DNA from: the human T2T-CHM13v2.0 reference genome, Homo sapiens
Length of the DNA: 64,000 nucleotides
Strand: one strand, 5' to 3'
Assembly: GCF_009914755.1 (NCBI RefSeq)
Contig: NC_060933.1
The notes under the pieces were generated by a model. That model saw only the letters and a program-made list of their open reading frames with translations. It did no database searches and was not told the DNA's origin. Position numbers and translations under genes: made by a program. Shown here in pieces: positions 1-10,695 of the stretch (position 1 is its first letter; every line of letters begins with the position of its first letter).

Positions 1-40
1 GCAAATCAACCAGGTGAAAATGGCAACAACAACAAAAAAG

Positions 41-215
41 ATCAGGTGGCTGTTCTGAAAAAAATTAAAAGGCCCTTTTTCCTCCTCTCTTACCTATTTT
101 ATAGATTGACCAAAAAACCCTCAGTTTGGGTTGTACTTGGGGGTTTTGCTCTTCTCATCCAGTCCTGTGAAGGAAATTCACATTGCACTTAACTGGGTGA
201 TCAGAATAGAGCAGT
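41..215. repeat. Ancient local duplication, copy 1 (paralog at about 1944-2130)
   Basis: Collinear similarity with 1944-2130, including identical blocks TCTTACCTATTT (88-99 vs 1997-2008) and GGAAATTCACATTG (172-185 vs 2082-2095). About 70% identity over the central 71 nt by hand alignment. Confidence 0.8.
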
Positions 216-681
216 GAGAAAGAAATTAATAAGCCTTTGCAGGCTGACCAATGTCCTATTGGGGCTCAAAAGTTTGATGGGATAACTTGGAAGGTCCAGC
301 AACTTAGGAGAGTTTGAAGACAGACAGCCCCCACCCCCAGCTATGTTTTGTATCCAAAAAGAAATTTTTGCTAGCTGAATTCATCATCATTTACTTTGTC
401 CTCAGCACAGAGACTGCTTGCATATGCAAGCTTTTATTTCAAAAGGGATTCTCTTCTGATTTTGGTGTCACTTTATACATTTCTGTAACAAGAAATTCTC
501 TCGGCAGCTGTACTTATGTTAGAAACACAAATGTACCTTATTAATGCCAGTTATCAAGGCAAAGGGTTTGAAAATACTTGCTAAACATTTGTTTATTTAT
601 ATACAATATTTCAGAGTTTTACACAGCTAAATACTGGCATATAACAAACACTGTGAGTGTGTGAAAGAAATATAAATGATT

Positions 682-694
682 CCAGCAGATGGCA
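682..694 (+). promoter_or_regulatory. CTCF-core-like motif that also contains a CAGATG E-box
   Basis: CCAGCAGATGGCA matches the CCASYAGRKGGCR core. Motif match only; no binding data. Confidence 0.35.
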
Positions 695-1574
695 TGGTCA
701 GAAGCAAAGGGTTTGCAAGTGCAAGAAATAGCACAAATCCAAATTGAGAAATCTGAATGGCTGTAATTGTAACACATCTACAATGGAATCAAGAAGGTCA
801 TTTACATTACGTTAAGAAATACAGAAGCAGAGTCTTATATAAGCGTGTTACACAAAATGGAGATTTGGCACATGGGTTATCATTGGACAGTGTACCACAC
901 ACAGTTTTTATTTCGGTTCCAGCAGAAAAACAATATTGACAAATTTCTTTCTCTCTTTGCTTCCTACTTTATCGAATAGAAGAGGTAACAATAGCATCTG
1001 CTGCAGCTGGCTGGAGCCTGAGATGAGGAAATTGTAGCTGATGGGCCTCCCAAGCATATCGACACTAAAAAGCTCATGCTACAGCCACGGCACAGCCAGG
1101 CTAGCACTCCAACGGGAGCGGCAGATACACAAGGCAGCCACTGTGAACCAGAGCAGGGCCTGCCAAGACAGCATGTCAAGTAATTTTTAGTGGCCTGAAG
1201 TGGTTTCCACCATCACAGCTCCAGGCACTGCCGCAAGGCAGGACAAGTTTATCTATCTCTGACATCTTCTCCATCTCCCTTTGGCATCGCTCTACGATTT
1301 TCTGCTGCGGTAGCCTCACTGACCAAATTGGTACCCAGTGCATTCAGGGTGCTCCCTGGCTACCCATCAGCCTTTCTTCCCATTATTCATGGGCTTGAAG
1401 ATCTGGGATGCTTAATTGGGTCTAATGTGTCAAAATTACCTACTCCAATCATCTTGGTGTCAAACATAACACTTCCTCTCAATATACAGGTGCTTTCTGG
1501 TTATTTTCCTAATGCATCTAGAAAATGTTAAGGGACCCTTTAATCAAATTGATTTGAACAAAATTTTAAGGACC

Positions 1575-1785
1575 ATACTGCAGTGGAAAACATACTAGAC
1601 CCGCAGTCTGAAGACTTGAGTCCAGCAGAAGCCTATGGGAAAGCTGTCAACCTCATTGGCCTAATTTTGTTTTCTCAACTCAACTCTGAAATTTAAAAAA
1701 AAAATTAAAAAAAGAGAAGGCTGCAGGAGGGGAAGTGGTCTGAGAGTCTGGAAATGTCCCTTCCACGGCTATGATTCACTGTGAA
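1575..1785 (+). mobile_element. Degenerate MIR/MIR3 SINE fragment
   Basis: cagtggaaaacatactagac...gaagacttgagt... and tcccttccacggctatgattc resemble the MIR3 5' and 3' ends; boundaries approximate. Confidence 0.45.
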
Positions 1786-1943
1786 TGAATCATAGTCCTG
1801 TTTCTGAGTTCAAAAAGAGGCCCACTAGCCCCAGTAAATCTTGAATTACAGGAAGATGTAAAGAAAATATTTTTGAGTTAGGATGTAAGGAGAGTTAAGA
1901 GCACAAGTTTCTCCTACCCACAAGCTAATATTTTACCAGAAGT

Positions 1944-2130
1944 AATCAGGTAGCAGTTATGAAATGCATTTTTGAGAATGGACTTTTTTCCTACTTTCTT
2001 ACCTATTTCACATACTATTCATAAACCCTGTATTTTGGGGTCAGCTTAGGGGGCTTGGCTCCTCTCATCGAGCCTGGGGAGGGAAATTCACATTGTATTT
2101 AGCCAGGCTGATGAGCATGGAGAGCAGAGT
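1944..2130. repeat. Ancient local duplication, copy 2 (paralog at about 41-215)
   Basis: See copy 1; offset about 1909 bp, same orientation. Confidence 0.8.
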
Positions 2131-2160
2131 TCCACCAATCCAGTAAATAAGGTTCAGCAA

Positions 2161-2570
2161 TGTGGCACTCAGAGGTAGAATAAATGAGGTCATAAATGAG
2201 TTGTTGTTTTCCCATCCAAAGGTGGAGTATGCTTCCCCATTCCTTGAATCTGGAATGGCCCCTGACTTGTTTTAAACCAAGGAATGCAGCAAAAGCAATT
2301 GTCTCAAAAGGCCTTGTAGCTTCCCCTTTGATGTCCTCAGAACCCTGAGCCCACTGGACCAGGATGAAAAGCCTTGGGGAGAAAGAGAGACCCCATTTGG
2401 CTTTCCCAGCCCTTCAAGCTGACTGAGAAAAAGAGCTCAGGAGAGATAGGCAGAAGATCCATGTCCTGCCCCAAGTCAACCCACAGACTTGCGAGAAAAA
2501 ACAAATTACTGTGGTTTTAAGCCACAGTGTTTTGGGTTGGTATTTGTAGGTAGCAATGCTAACTGACAGA
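2161..2570 (+). mobile_element. ERVL-MaLR solo LTR (MLT1 family)
   Basis: ggtggagtatgcttccccattccttgaatctgg and the terminal ttttaagccacagtgttttgggttggtatttgtaggtagcaatgctaactgaca are typical of MLT1. Confidence 0.75.
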
Positions 2571-3429
2571 CATACCCTCCGTTCTGCCAACTCCTGTGGC
2601 ACACAGGTGTACCAGAAACAGAAATACGGTTATAGTATTTTAAAATATGATTCAATGCTCAACACCAAAACAAATGAACAAAAACAGAGAGAAAAGAAAT
2701 ATTCTCAAAATAATCATAATTCTCATCATCCTCTCCCTTTCAGACATTAAATGAAATTTGAGCAAGAGCAAGTGGCTGTTTACCATTGGAATGGAAGAGC
2801 CACAGTTAATCCTGACTCATTTTATCTAGTTCTTTTTTTAATATACTAGAGATATGACAAACCATACACTCAGCAAGCACCACTGTGCACTGGTGAAACA
2901 CTTAACTGCTGCCTCTCCCTTGATGAACTGCAATGTAGAGAAGAATTTTGGGGGGAAGTGGAAGAGGTATTGAGGGAGGTGAGATGGGAAGAGACAGAAA
3001 AAGCAAGACTGCTCATGTCCCTTGGAAGAAAGTAGACAAAAACAAAAAATGAAAAATATTTAAGTTTTTCATAAGCAACTCATCTTTGGTAAATTTCTGT
3101 GATTTAAAAATAAGTGTGCTGTCCCAGAAATCTGAACCCTCAAAAATCAAAGGGCAAAGAATTTCAGGAACCTGCAAGCTTGAGGAGGCAGTCTGACATT
3201 ATGACTCACTTTCTTTCCATTCATCTCATCTGTTATCTTTGGCCTCCATTAAACAATGAGAAAGGGACAGTCACTAAGTCATATGCCACTTGAGGGCACT
3301 CCTGGGGCTTATTGTTTGGAACTGCCAAAATGCTGGACGTCATACCAAGTGTGAATACGAAGCAATGTGACTAATATCATAGCACAAAAGACTAGCATTT
3401 ATCAACTCCAAAGAGCATGGCCCTTAAAA

Positions 3430-3830
3430 CTAGCCACTTTGAGAGGACAAAGATTTAATGCAACGCTGCCATGGTGCAAAAATATTTTTGGAACTCCTTC
3501 TTGGCAGTAGAGTTAAACGCCTACGGCCTGTTCTTTTGAATCCAGTAATGGTGGCACATCTTTGTCCTTGAAAGTGGATTTATTTATTTATTTTTCTAGT
3601 GCCAAGAGATACCTGGAGCCAAGCGTATGGTTTGTATGGTTGGTGACCAAGGTAAGAAACACTATTAGATTTCTTTTCAAGTAATGAGCCTAGTTCTCTG
3701 TATGCTTTAAAAGGTTATAATTAAAGTAAGTCTCACAAAGAAGTTCTCCAAATATTTAAAATAAGAGTTGCATTCAAATAAGCATTTTTTTTTTAAGTTA
3801 GAAGCTTTGAGGTGGGTTATCGTTTGGACC
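3430..3830. mobile_element. MARNA-like ancient mariner DNA transposon fragment
   Basis: gctgccatggtgcaaaaatatttttggaactcc...ttcttttgaa...gtggcacatctttgtccttgaaagtggattt matches my recollection of the MARNA consensus; boundaries approximate. Confidence 0.6.
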
Positions 3831-3873
3831 CAATAATTCTGCCAAAATTAAAAATTAGTTTTATTACCATAAG

Positions 3874-4085
3874 CAGTGGTTTTCATGTAGGGGCGATTTT
3901 ATATCCAAGGGGACATTTGGCTATGCCTAGGACATGTTTTTATTGTAACAATGTGGGGGAAGGGAGGTGAGGGTGGTGAGCAAAGCCCAAGGACGCTGCT
4001 AAGCATCCTATAATGTATAGGACGGCTCTCATAGCCAAAATTCTACGATCTAAAATGTCCAAACTGCTGAGGTTAAGAAACCCTG
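3874..4085 (+). mobile_element. MER20 (hAT-Charlie DNA transposon)
   Basis: cagtggttttc...ggggcgatttt...ggggacatttggc...gctgctaagcatcctataatgtataggac...gaggttaagaaaccctg follows the MER20 consensus end to end. Confidence 0.85.
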
Positions 4086-4365
4086 CTTATAGAAACAATT
4101 GGTTCTAATAAGCAAAGCATTTATTTTAGTGCAATGATATAATTATAACAGTACTTAACACATTTTTCCGTGTTAAATATTCCAGTTGCCACCCATCTTC
4201 TATGTTAATGTATACATGCACATGTTTTCTACTCTTCTGAATCAACAATTACGTAGAACTCAAACTCACAGTCCAGAAAATATAATAGTATTCTTTGTGG
4301 ACATTAACAGAGTCAATTTAAATAACTGTGAGGTAAAACAATAATTTTTAAAAGTCAGTAACTGT

Positions 4366-4600
4366 AAACATTTGTTGACTTCTTTCTATGTAACAGGCTA
4401 ATGAATCACTTTACACGGCTCTTATTTAATCTTTAAAACCAATACTATGAAAGAAATACCACTATTATCCCCACGTTACTGATCAGGAAATTGAGTCTTA
4501 GAAAGATTGTTTAATGTGCTCGAGGTCACAGATGCAGTAAATAGTACAGCTAAGATTTGAACTCTGTTTGTTAGAACAATTTCAATTGCAGAGTTTTCAC
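4366..4600 (-). mobile_element. MIR SINE
   Basis: Core-like segment tattatccccacgttactgatcaggaaattgagtcttaga...gaggtcacag. Confidence 0.6.
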
Positions 4601-4744
4601 TACCATACAATGCTGGCCCCTAAGAGCAGCTCTATGTGCTAGGAGCCATCTCATTTGTAGGTTAGGGACAGTTCTACCCCCATTTGTAGGATACACATTG
4701 AGCAAAATGGAAAATGGCAGTATAATATACACATAGATCAGAAA

Positions 4745-4940
4745 GGGGGTTCTCCTTCTGATTCCGCTTACTAGTTAAGTACGTTTTCTTCAGCAAATCA
4801 CTTAACTTCTCAGGGTCTCAATTTCCTTAGCTGGCGAGTGAGGAAAGTAATAATGCACATCTGCCACTCTTATCATAAACATCAAATAAAATAAGTGATG
4901 GGGAGATGCTCTGTAAACAGTCACTTACAACACAAAAGTG
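4745..4940 (+). mobile_element. MIR SINE fragment
   Basis: gcaaatcacttaacttctcagggtctcaatttcct core. Confidence 0.55.
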
Positions 4941-6311
4941 AGTTGGTTGCTATTCTTAGGCACGAAATGGGAACAGGATTGGTGATAGGTTCTCAGTTGC
5001 CCTTGAAGGAACCTTCATCAAATAGACCTGATATATGATTTTGAAGTTAGATAGTATTGTATTACTATTGGCCTCACCTCTCTTCCACTGCATTTATATC
5101 TATTATGCTTCTTTTCAAATAAATTCTGCATTTCATCAGGCAGCCAGAATGCTCTTCCTAGCACCTCAACTTCTCCATTTTGAGTTTTACACTTTATACC
5201 TACTGGGGACACTATGCAATTCCTTTTAATGCTTTTTTTTTTTTTTTTTTGGTTCCATTACTTTTAAACTATTTTGGCAGAAGGAAGATATTTTTCTATC
5301 ATAGGACTGTGCCATCAACAGACTGAAGACCCAGCCTCCTGTTTTTAACACTATGTTGTTTCATAAACTACGCATTTGCTTCTTATACAGAATTATTGGT
5401 GTATGAAAACAGAATCTGGCATAATGGGTTCCACATGGCATAATTATTTTTCCTTACCTTAAAATGTTTCCATAAATAAGGACATAATTTGTACACTCCA
5501 CCCATTCTTATCGAGATGTTGGCATTTTTAACAATCCTACCTTTCATCTACAGAAGGCTAGCATCTCCTATTCCGTAATTTACACATAAAGATAAACCCC
5601 AGGTTTAAGGAAAACATGGGTCTATGGTTCACGTTTGTCAGCATCTCAAAACTATCACATGCTTTGGCAATACTTGTGGTCTTTGATCTGAAGAGACATT
5701 TGAATGGAACATTAGAAGAAATAAAAATGGAATTTAGAATGAATGGTTAAAAATGTATTAAACAATTTTCCACAGCACTCTTAGCTTCTTTGGATCACAA
5801 GGTCTTTTGTTTTTATGCTCTTATGCAATGCTTTCCAAAATCTTTCTTTTGACTTTGAAAAGGCCATTTTCATCACTATTGGGTTGGGCTTAGGGGTACA
5901 TGGTTATGCTATGAATATGGCCTACATAGTTTCCTGGTTGTGCTTCCATATGCAAAGTCAAAAAGTATTATGAAGATTGGAACTTAGGAGTTTTTACAAC
6001 CCCAAACTGGCATCTGATTTTTTACTGGGCCATTTTAGTGGCCTGTTGGTGCTTCTAGGACCTTATTGCTCTCTATGTGGTATGCAGTCCCTATTCCTTC
6101 CAGTTCTGAAGAGTGGTTTGATTCTATGATTGTGATAGATTTAAGTGATACTCAGGAAGCTTATTTTATTTTCCTTGAGACTGTTTCACTTAGAAGATCA
6201 ATTCAGGAGTTGTGATCTATCCCCTTTTCAATTTTTTTCATAAATAAATGTTTCTCTTATGAATAGAAAGTCTTCCTTTTGTCTTAAAAAGAGTTAATGT
6301 GACATAAGATT

Positions 6312-6447
6312 TAGTATCATGGGTCAAGGTTTTATAACTGATTCACTGAAATTACAGCTTTTTCCCAATGTATTCATTCTAGTATCATGGGTCAAGGTTT
6401 TATAACTGATTCACTGAAATTACAGCTTTTTCCCAATGTATTCATTC
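6312..6447. repeat. Perfect 68-bp tandem duplication (2 copies: 6312-6379, 6380-6447)
   Basis: TAGTATCATGGGTCAAGGTTTTATAACTGATTCACTGAAATTACAGCTTTTTCCCAATGTATTCATTC occurs twice with no mismatch. Confidence 0.97.
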
Positions 6448-6749
6448 CTAACAAATGCAAATACTTAGAGCAAATCAGTTGTCATGTCCCTCTGGTACTA
6501 GAATATAGTCTTTATAGAATATGTGGTTTAGAATAAAGCCACAAATTATTCTATAAAACAACATAAGGAACAAGGCTCAAAAGTGGAACAAAACGGCCTT
6601 AGTTTCTAAGTGGAAGACTAAGACGATATAGGAAAATGTAATCCATGACCTCTTAAGAAAATCTCAGTTTAATAAATAGAAAGTTCTGCCCCAAAATCAC
6701 ATTTTATAAATAAGATAAAAACAATACTATATGTCTCTATTCATGCACT

Positions 6750-6753
6750 GCAC

Positions 6754-6805
<52 letters not shown>

Positions 6806-6809
6806 GTGC
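6750..6809. repeat. Compound (TA)n(CA)n(TA)n microsatellite
   Basis: Seen directly in the sequence. Confidence 0.95.
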
Positions 6810-8899
6810 TGTGAAGAGATAATGGCAAATATCTGACAACCTTTACACATGTGCAGTAAAGAGCTAAGTATAAGGGACTAGGTGGTCTCTGCAATACGAA
6901 GAGTAAGAACTGGATATAATGATGGGTAAACAGGCCATGGACTTTGAAATCAGGATGAAATGTATATGCTGTATGACCTTGAACAAATCACTTATTACCT
7001 CCCTGTGCGGAATGCTCTTTGCAAGCAAAATATACTATTTTCTGGATTAAATGACTGCTCAGTAATACTTGGAAAACAGTAATGGCTCCATGATTGGTAG
7101 CTATTGTGATTATTTATGTTCCAGTGATTAAAGAATGGAAAAGACTCACATGCTAGCAATTGCCTTTGATTTAGAAAGAGTGAAAGAAAGGCCAGAATAT
7201 AGCAATGTGGTATGGAATCAGAAAGGAAGGAGTGGCTCATTCTGACCAGGTCACCAGGGAAGGCTTGACAGAGAAATCAGAGAAATGCCCCCAAAGGGAC
7301 AGCAGAAAGGGGAGCTAAAAACCATCATGGGACCTAAAGTCTGGAGAATCTGCCTGATTTATAGGGCCATGCAACATGGGGAACATAATGGCCTTGCCAC
7401 CACTAGTAGTATGAGCTCAGGCAAGCAAGCTGATCTTACCTGGCCTCTGCTGTTTTTTCTTCTGTGAAATGGGAGACTAAAATTACTCCTTGTAAATTAC
7501 CACGGGAAGCGAAAAGCAGTAACACATATAAAGCACTTATGACAGGGCCTCTTCAGTTGGCAAGAAAGATTATTTGATGTTGAATAAGTGCTCAACTATC
7601 CTGAACTATTAGTATTGCTACAAAATGGGGAGCTATGTCTAAATTTAATCATGGAATAGATGGTATGTGGGAAAGAACATGAAATGTAGAGTGGTAGAAA
7701 AAGGAACTCAGAAATAGTTATAAGTAAGGCAAAGGCAATTTAAAAAGTAAGCTCTCATAAAGAAATACCCCAATATAAAGGGAAAAAAATATAGTCTCTA
7801 AGGTGAAAACACAAACCAAAAAAATCAGTCCAGCCTTGAAACTCTTACTATTTTTGTAAAAATTACTAAAATGCCATATGTAATTCAACAAACTTGGACA
7901 AGCAATTATTGAGTGCTTACTAAGGTGTAAGAGCTGGGGGTAAAAATGTACATAAGCCATGACTCATGCCTTCTGAGATCTCAAGGTACGTATGATCTGC
8001 ACACATATAGCTAAACTTGCACAGTGTGAACCTATTCTATGAGAATTTACAGAATATTTAATTCTTCCTGTGGGAAGATAAATGGGGAATAAGCTTAAAA
8101 TGTTTCTCCAGAGTTACAACTCAAATGTCTACAAGATAAAGCAATGTCATAAATGTGTGTAAAACAATAGGGAGTGGGAAGGGTTTGCAAAACTGGATAG
8201 TGCATTCCAGCTTAAAGAAATTCATGCTCAAATTTTAAAAAAATTATCGTGTATATCAACAAAACTATCTGAAGCCAGTTTGCAACCTCTGCAATACAAA
8301 TAGAAAATGCTATTTAAGTTGGATTATGCATCAAGGTTGAACACCATCAGGTAGAGAAGGGGAATTGTTGAAATTCTAGACCAGATAAATATCTTTGGCT
8401 GAGATCCAGAGATGAAGATATTTGGAATGTGTAGCTATCAGAAGATGGCCCAAGGAGTCAACAATGAGGTGCGAAGGGTGAGATCAGCCTAAATTACAAA
8501 GGGGCATGAATGCAATGATAAGCAGTTCACACCTCATCTTGAAGGCATCAAGGACAATGGCATTAAGTTCCTTTAACAGCATCATTTTAAGAGTTGAAAG
8601 GTTTCTCAGGTCTTTATACAAACAGATGTATTATTATAAATGATCCTCTCTAACACATAGCATCAACATGTTCTCTCTCACTGAGAAAAGTCTCATGGGA
8701 TTGCCATAGTAGAAAATATGTACATTTGAAAAAATCCATTCATTTAATGATTTGGATGTTTATAAACATCTGTTATTTAATAAAATGGATGGCTCAGGTT
8801 ACGTAGATGATATCCAAATTCATGTTGAATTTTTCTTCTCAGAGTTCTAAATATACACACAGCTTTTAAAAGGTACTCAGTAATGAATAATTATTAATA

Positions 8900-9130
8900 A
8901 TTTAAAATTACTGCATACTTCTATATGCCATGCACTGTCTCAAGTGCTTTATATGTATCTATTTTATGTCATCTTACTTAATTTTTATAAAATTCTCATT
9001 GCTATAGCGTTATCCCATTTTACAGGTGAAGAAACAGAGATTAAATAATTTGTCCAAAGGCATACAGCCAGTAAGTAAACAAGCTGACATTTTACTTAGG
9101 CAGTCTATCTCTCCAGAGTGTGTACTCTCA
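8900..9130 (-). mobile_element. MIR SINE
   Basis: tatcccattttacaggtgaagaaacagaga...aaataatttgtccaaagg core. Confidence 0.65.
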
Positions 9131-10166
9131 ATGTTGAGATTCTATGCTCTGTATGAACTGATAGATAACTAGAGTTGGCCTTTCCTTGCTTGCCTGTTTG
9201 AACTAGACCTTCTTTCTTTTAGAAATCTGGTAGACTCTGTCCTCCTTGACCTTCCAAGGCCTTGTCTGCGCTTGTTGCACTAGGCTATCCCTAAAATTCT
9301 TTTTTGTTGTTGATTGTTAGAATTTCTTTTACTTAATGGCTCATTTTTGTCTTAGTCCAATTACAGCACAGAATCATTGGAGGACCATAATTTCCTTTTT
9401 CTGTACTGCACCGCCAGCCTGACCTTTTTTGGGCTACTACCTGACTTCTTTGAAACCTCCTCCATTCTCACAGGATATATTGGGCAGAAGGCTTGGATCT
9501 ACTTTGTCACTACTTCTTTAATATAGAAAAAAAGTTTAGTACATAATAAAAGAAATCACAACACAAAATACAGTATTCACCTTCCAGACTATTTTTTGTG
9601 ATTATGTGTAACATGATCATGATTAACCGTGATCAGTATCCCTTTGTAACATGGCTATTGTGGCTTTTTGCATAGTTTCTTTCTGCTCAGAAATGGTTTC
9701 TAAACTAGCATTTCTGGGATGCTACACGGATAACTGTCATTTAAGAATGACTTTAATCTGCTGCTTTGTCACAAAACATTATACTGTCAAGTTTTAACTT
9801 GGCTTGTATTCAACTCAAGGATTCAAGATAACATGGATGTTGACGATGTTGACATGACCCTCCTAAATAAAGAGGCCAAAACTTCTTACCAGACATGTAA
9901 AATTACCTATGGGTAATTATTTCACAGAGCTCAGTTTATGCAGTTCCTTTCCCTCATTGTTTCGAAGTTGCTAACAAATTTCTTCCACCAATATACCTAC
10001 TCTTCTGTTGTTTGTTTCAATAAGCAGCTTCTCCAGAGCCTCAGGCACAGCACTTCCAAATGTCAGCAGCTATTAGCTCAGCACATTCATCTTTGTTTCC
10101 TTATTTCTCCTGAGTAGCCTGTCTCTCTCAGAGGTGAGTCCAGGTGGCTTAACATAACATGGATGC

Positions 10167-10168
<2 letters not shown>

Positions 10169-10208
<40 letters not shown>
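10169..10208. repeat. (GT)20 microsatellite
   Basis: Seen directly in the sequence. Confidence 0.95.
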
Positions 10209-10210
<2 letters not shown>

Positions 10211-10356
10211 TTTCTCAAAATAAGGCATTACAGCTATTTAATCTTATCTCTCATATTTGCTATTTGCTTGCAAACATTTTTGTATCTGTCACGGTGCCTA
10301 GCATGAAACCCATACCTTGCTTATAATCTACAGAGGGTGAAATGCATTTTAAAAAT

Positions 10357-10416
10357 TATGTATGTATGTATGTATGTATGTATGTATGTATGTATGTATG
10401 TGTATGTGTCTGTCTG

Positions 10417-10456
<40 letters not shown>

Positions 10457-10468
10457 CCTACCTACCTA
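10357..10468. repeat. Compound tetranucleotide STR (TATG)11 TGTATGTG (TCTG)2 (TCTA)10 (CCTA)3
   Basis: Counted directly. Confidence 0.95.
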
Positions 10469-10648
10469 TCTCAGTTTTCTAGTGCCTCCACTTTAATTTA
10501 CGGAAATGGGAAGAACATTTGGAGAAAGCACAGATTCTGTATTTTGAAATGCAATGTGAAAAAAATCATCATGCTGTTTTTCAGTGAAAACTCCCAAATT
10601 ATGTGTCTCTAATTTTTGTTCCCATTATTTTAAACATATAATTACACA

Positions 10649-10654
<6 letters not shown>

Positions 10655-10692
<38 letters not shown>
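10655..10692. repeat. (TG)19 microsatellite
   Basis: Seen directly in the sequence. Confidence 0.95.

Positions 10693-10695
<3 letters not shown>

Noticed and set aside
88-99. TAG|GTAAG motifs as recursive splice sites
   Set aside because: No polypyrimidine tract directly upstream of the TAG (AAAATAG); they fit ordinary donors better.
94-164. Duplicate units as C/D-box snoRNAs (GATGA...CTGA on the sense strand)
   Set aside because: The C box is incomplete, spacing to CTGA is too short and differs between copies, and there is no terminal stem.
5233-6300. T18 run as the tail of a minus-strand processed pseudogene
   Set aside because: No AATAAA at the expected distance, no TSD and no recognisable coding remnant.
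6312-6447. Direct repeats as a CRISPR-like array
   Set aside because: Mammalian intron with two abutting copies and no spacers.
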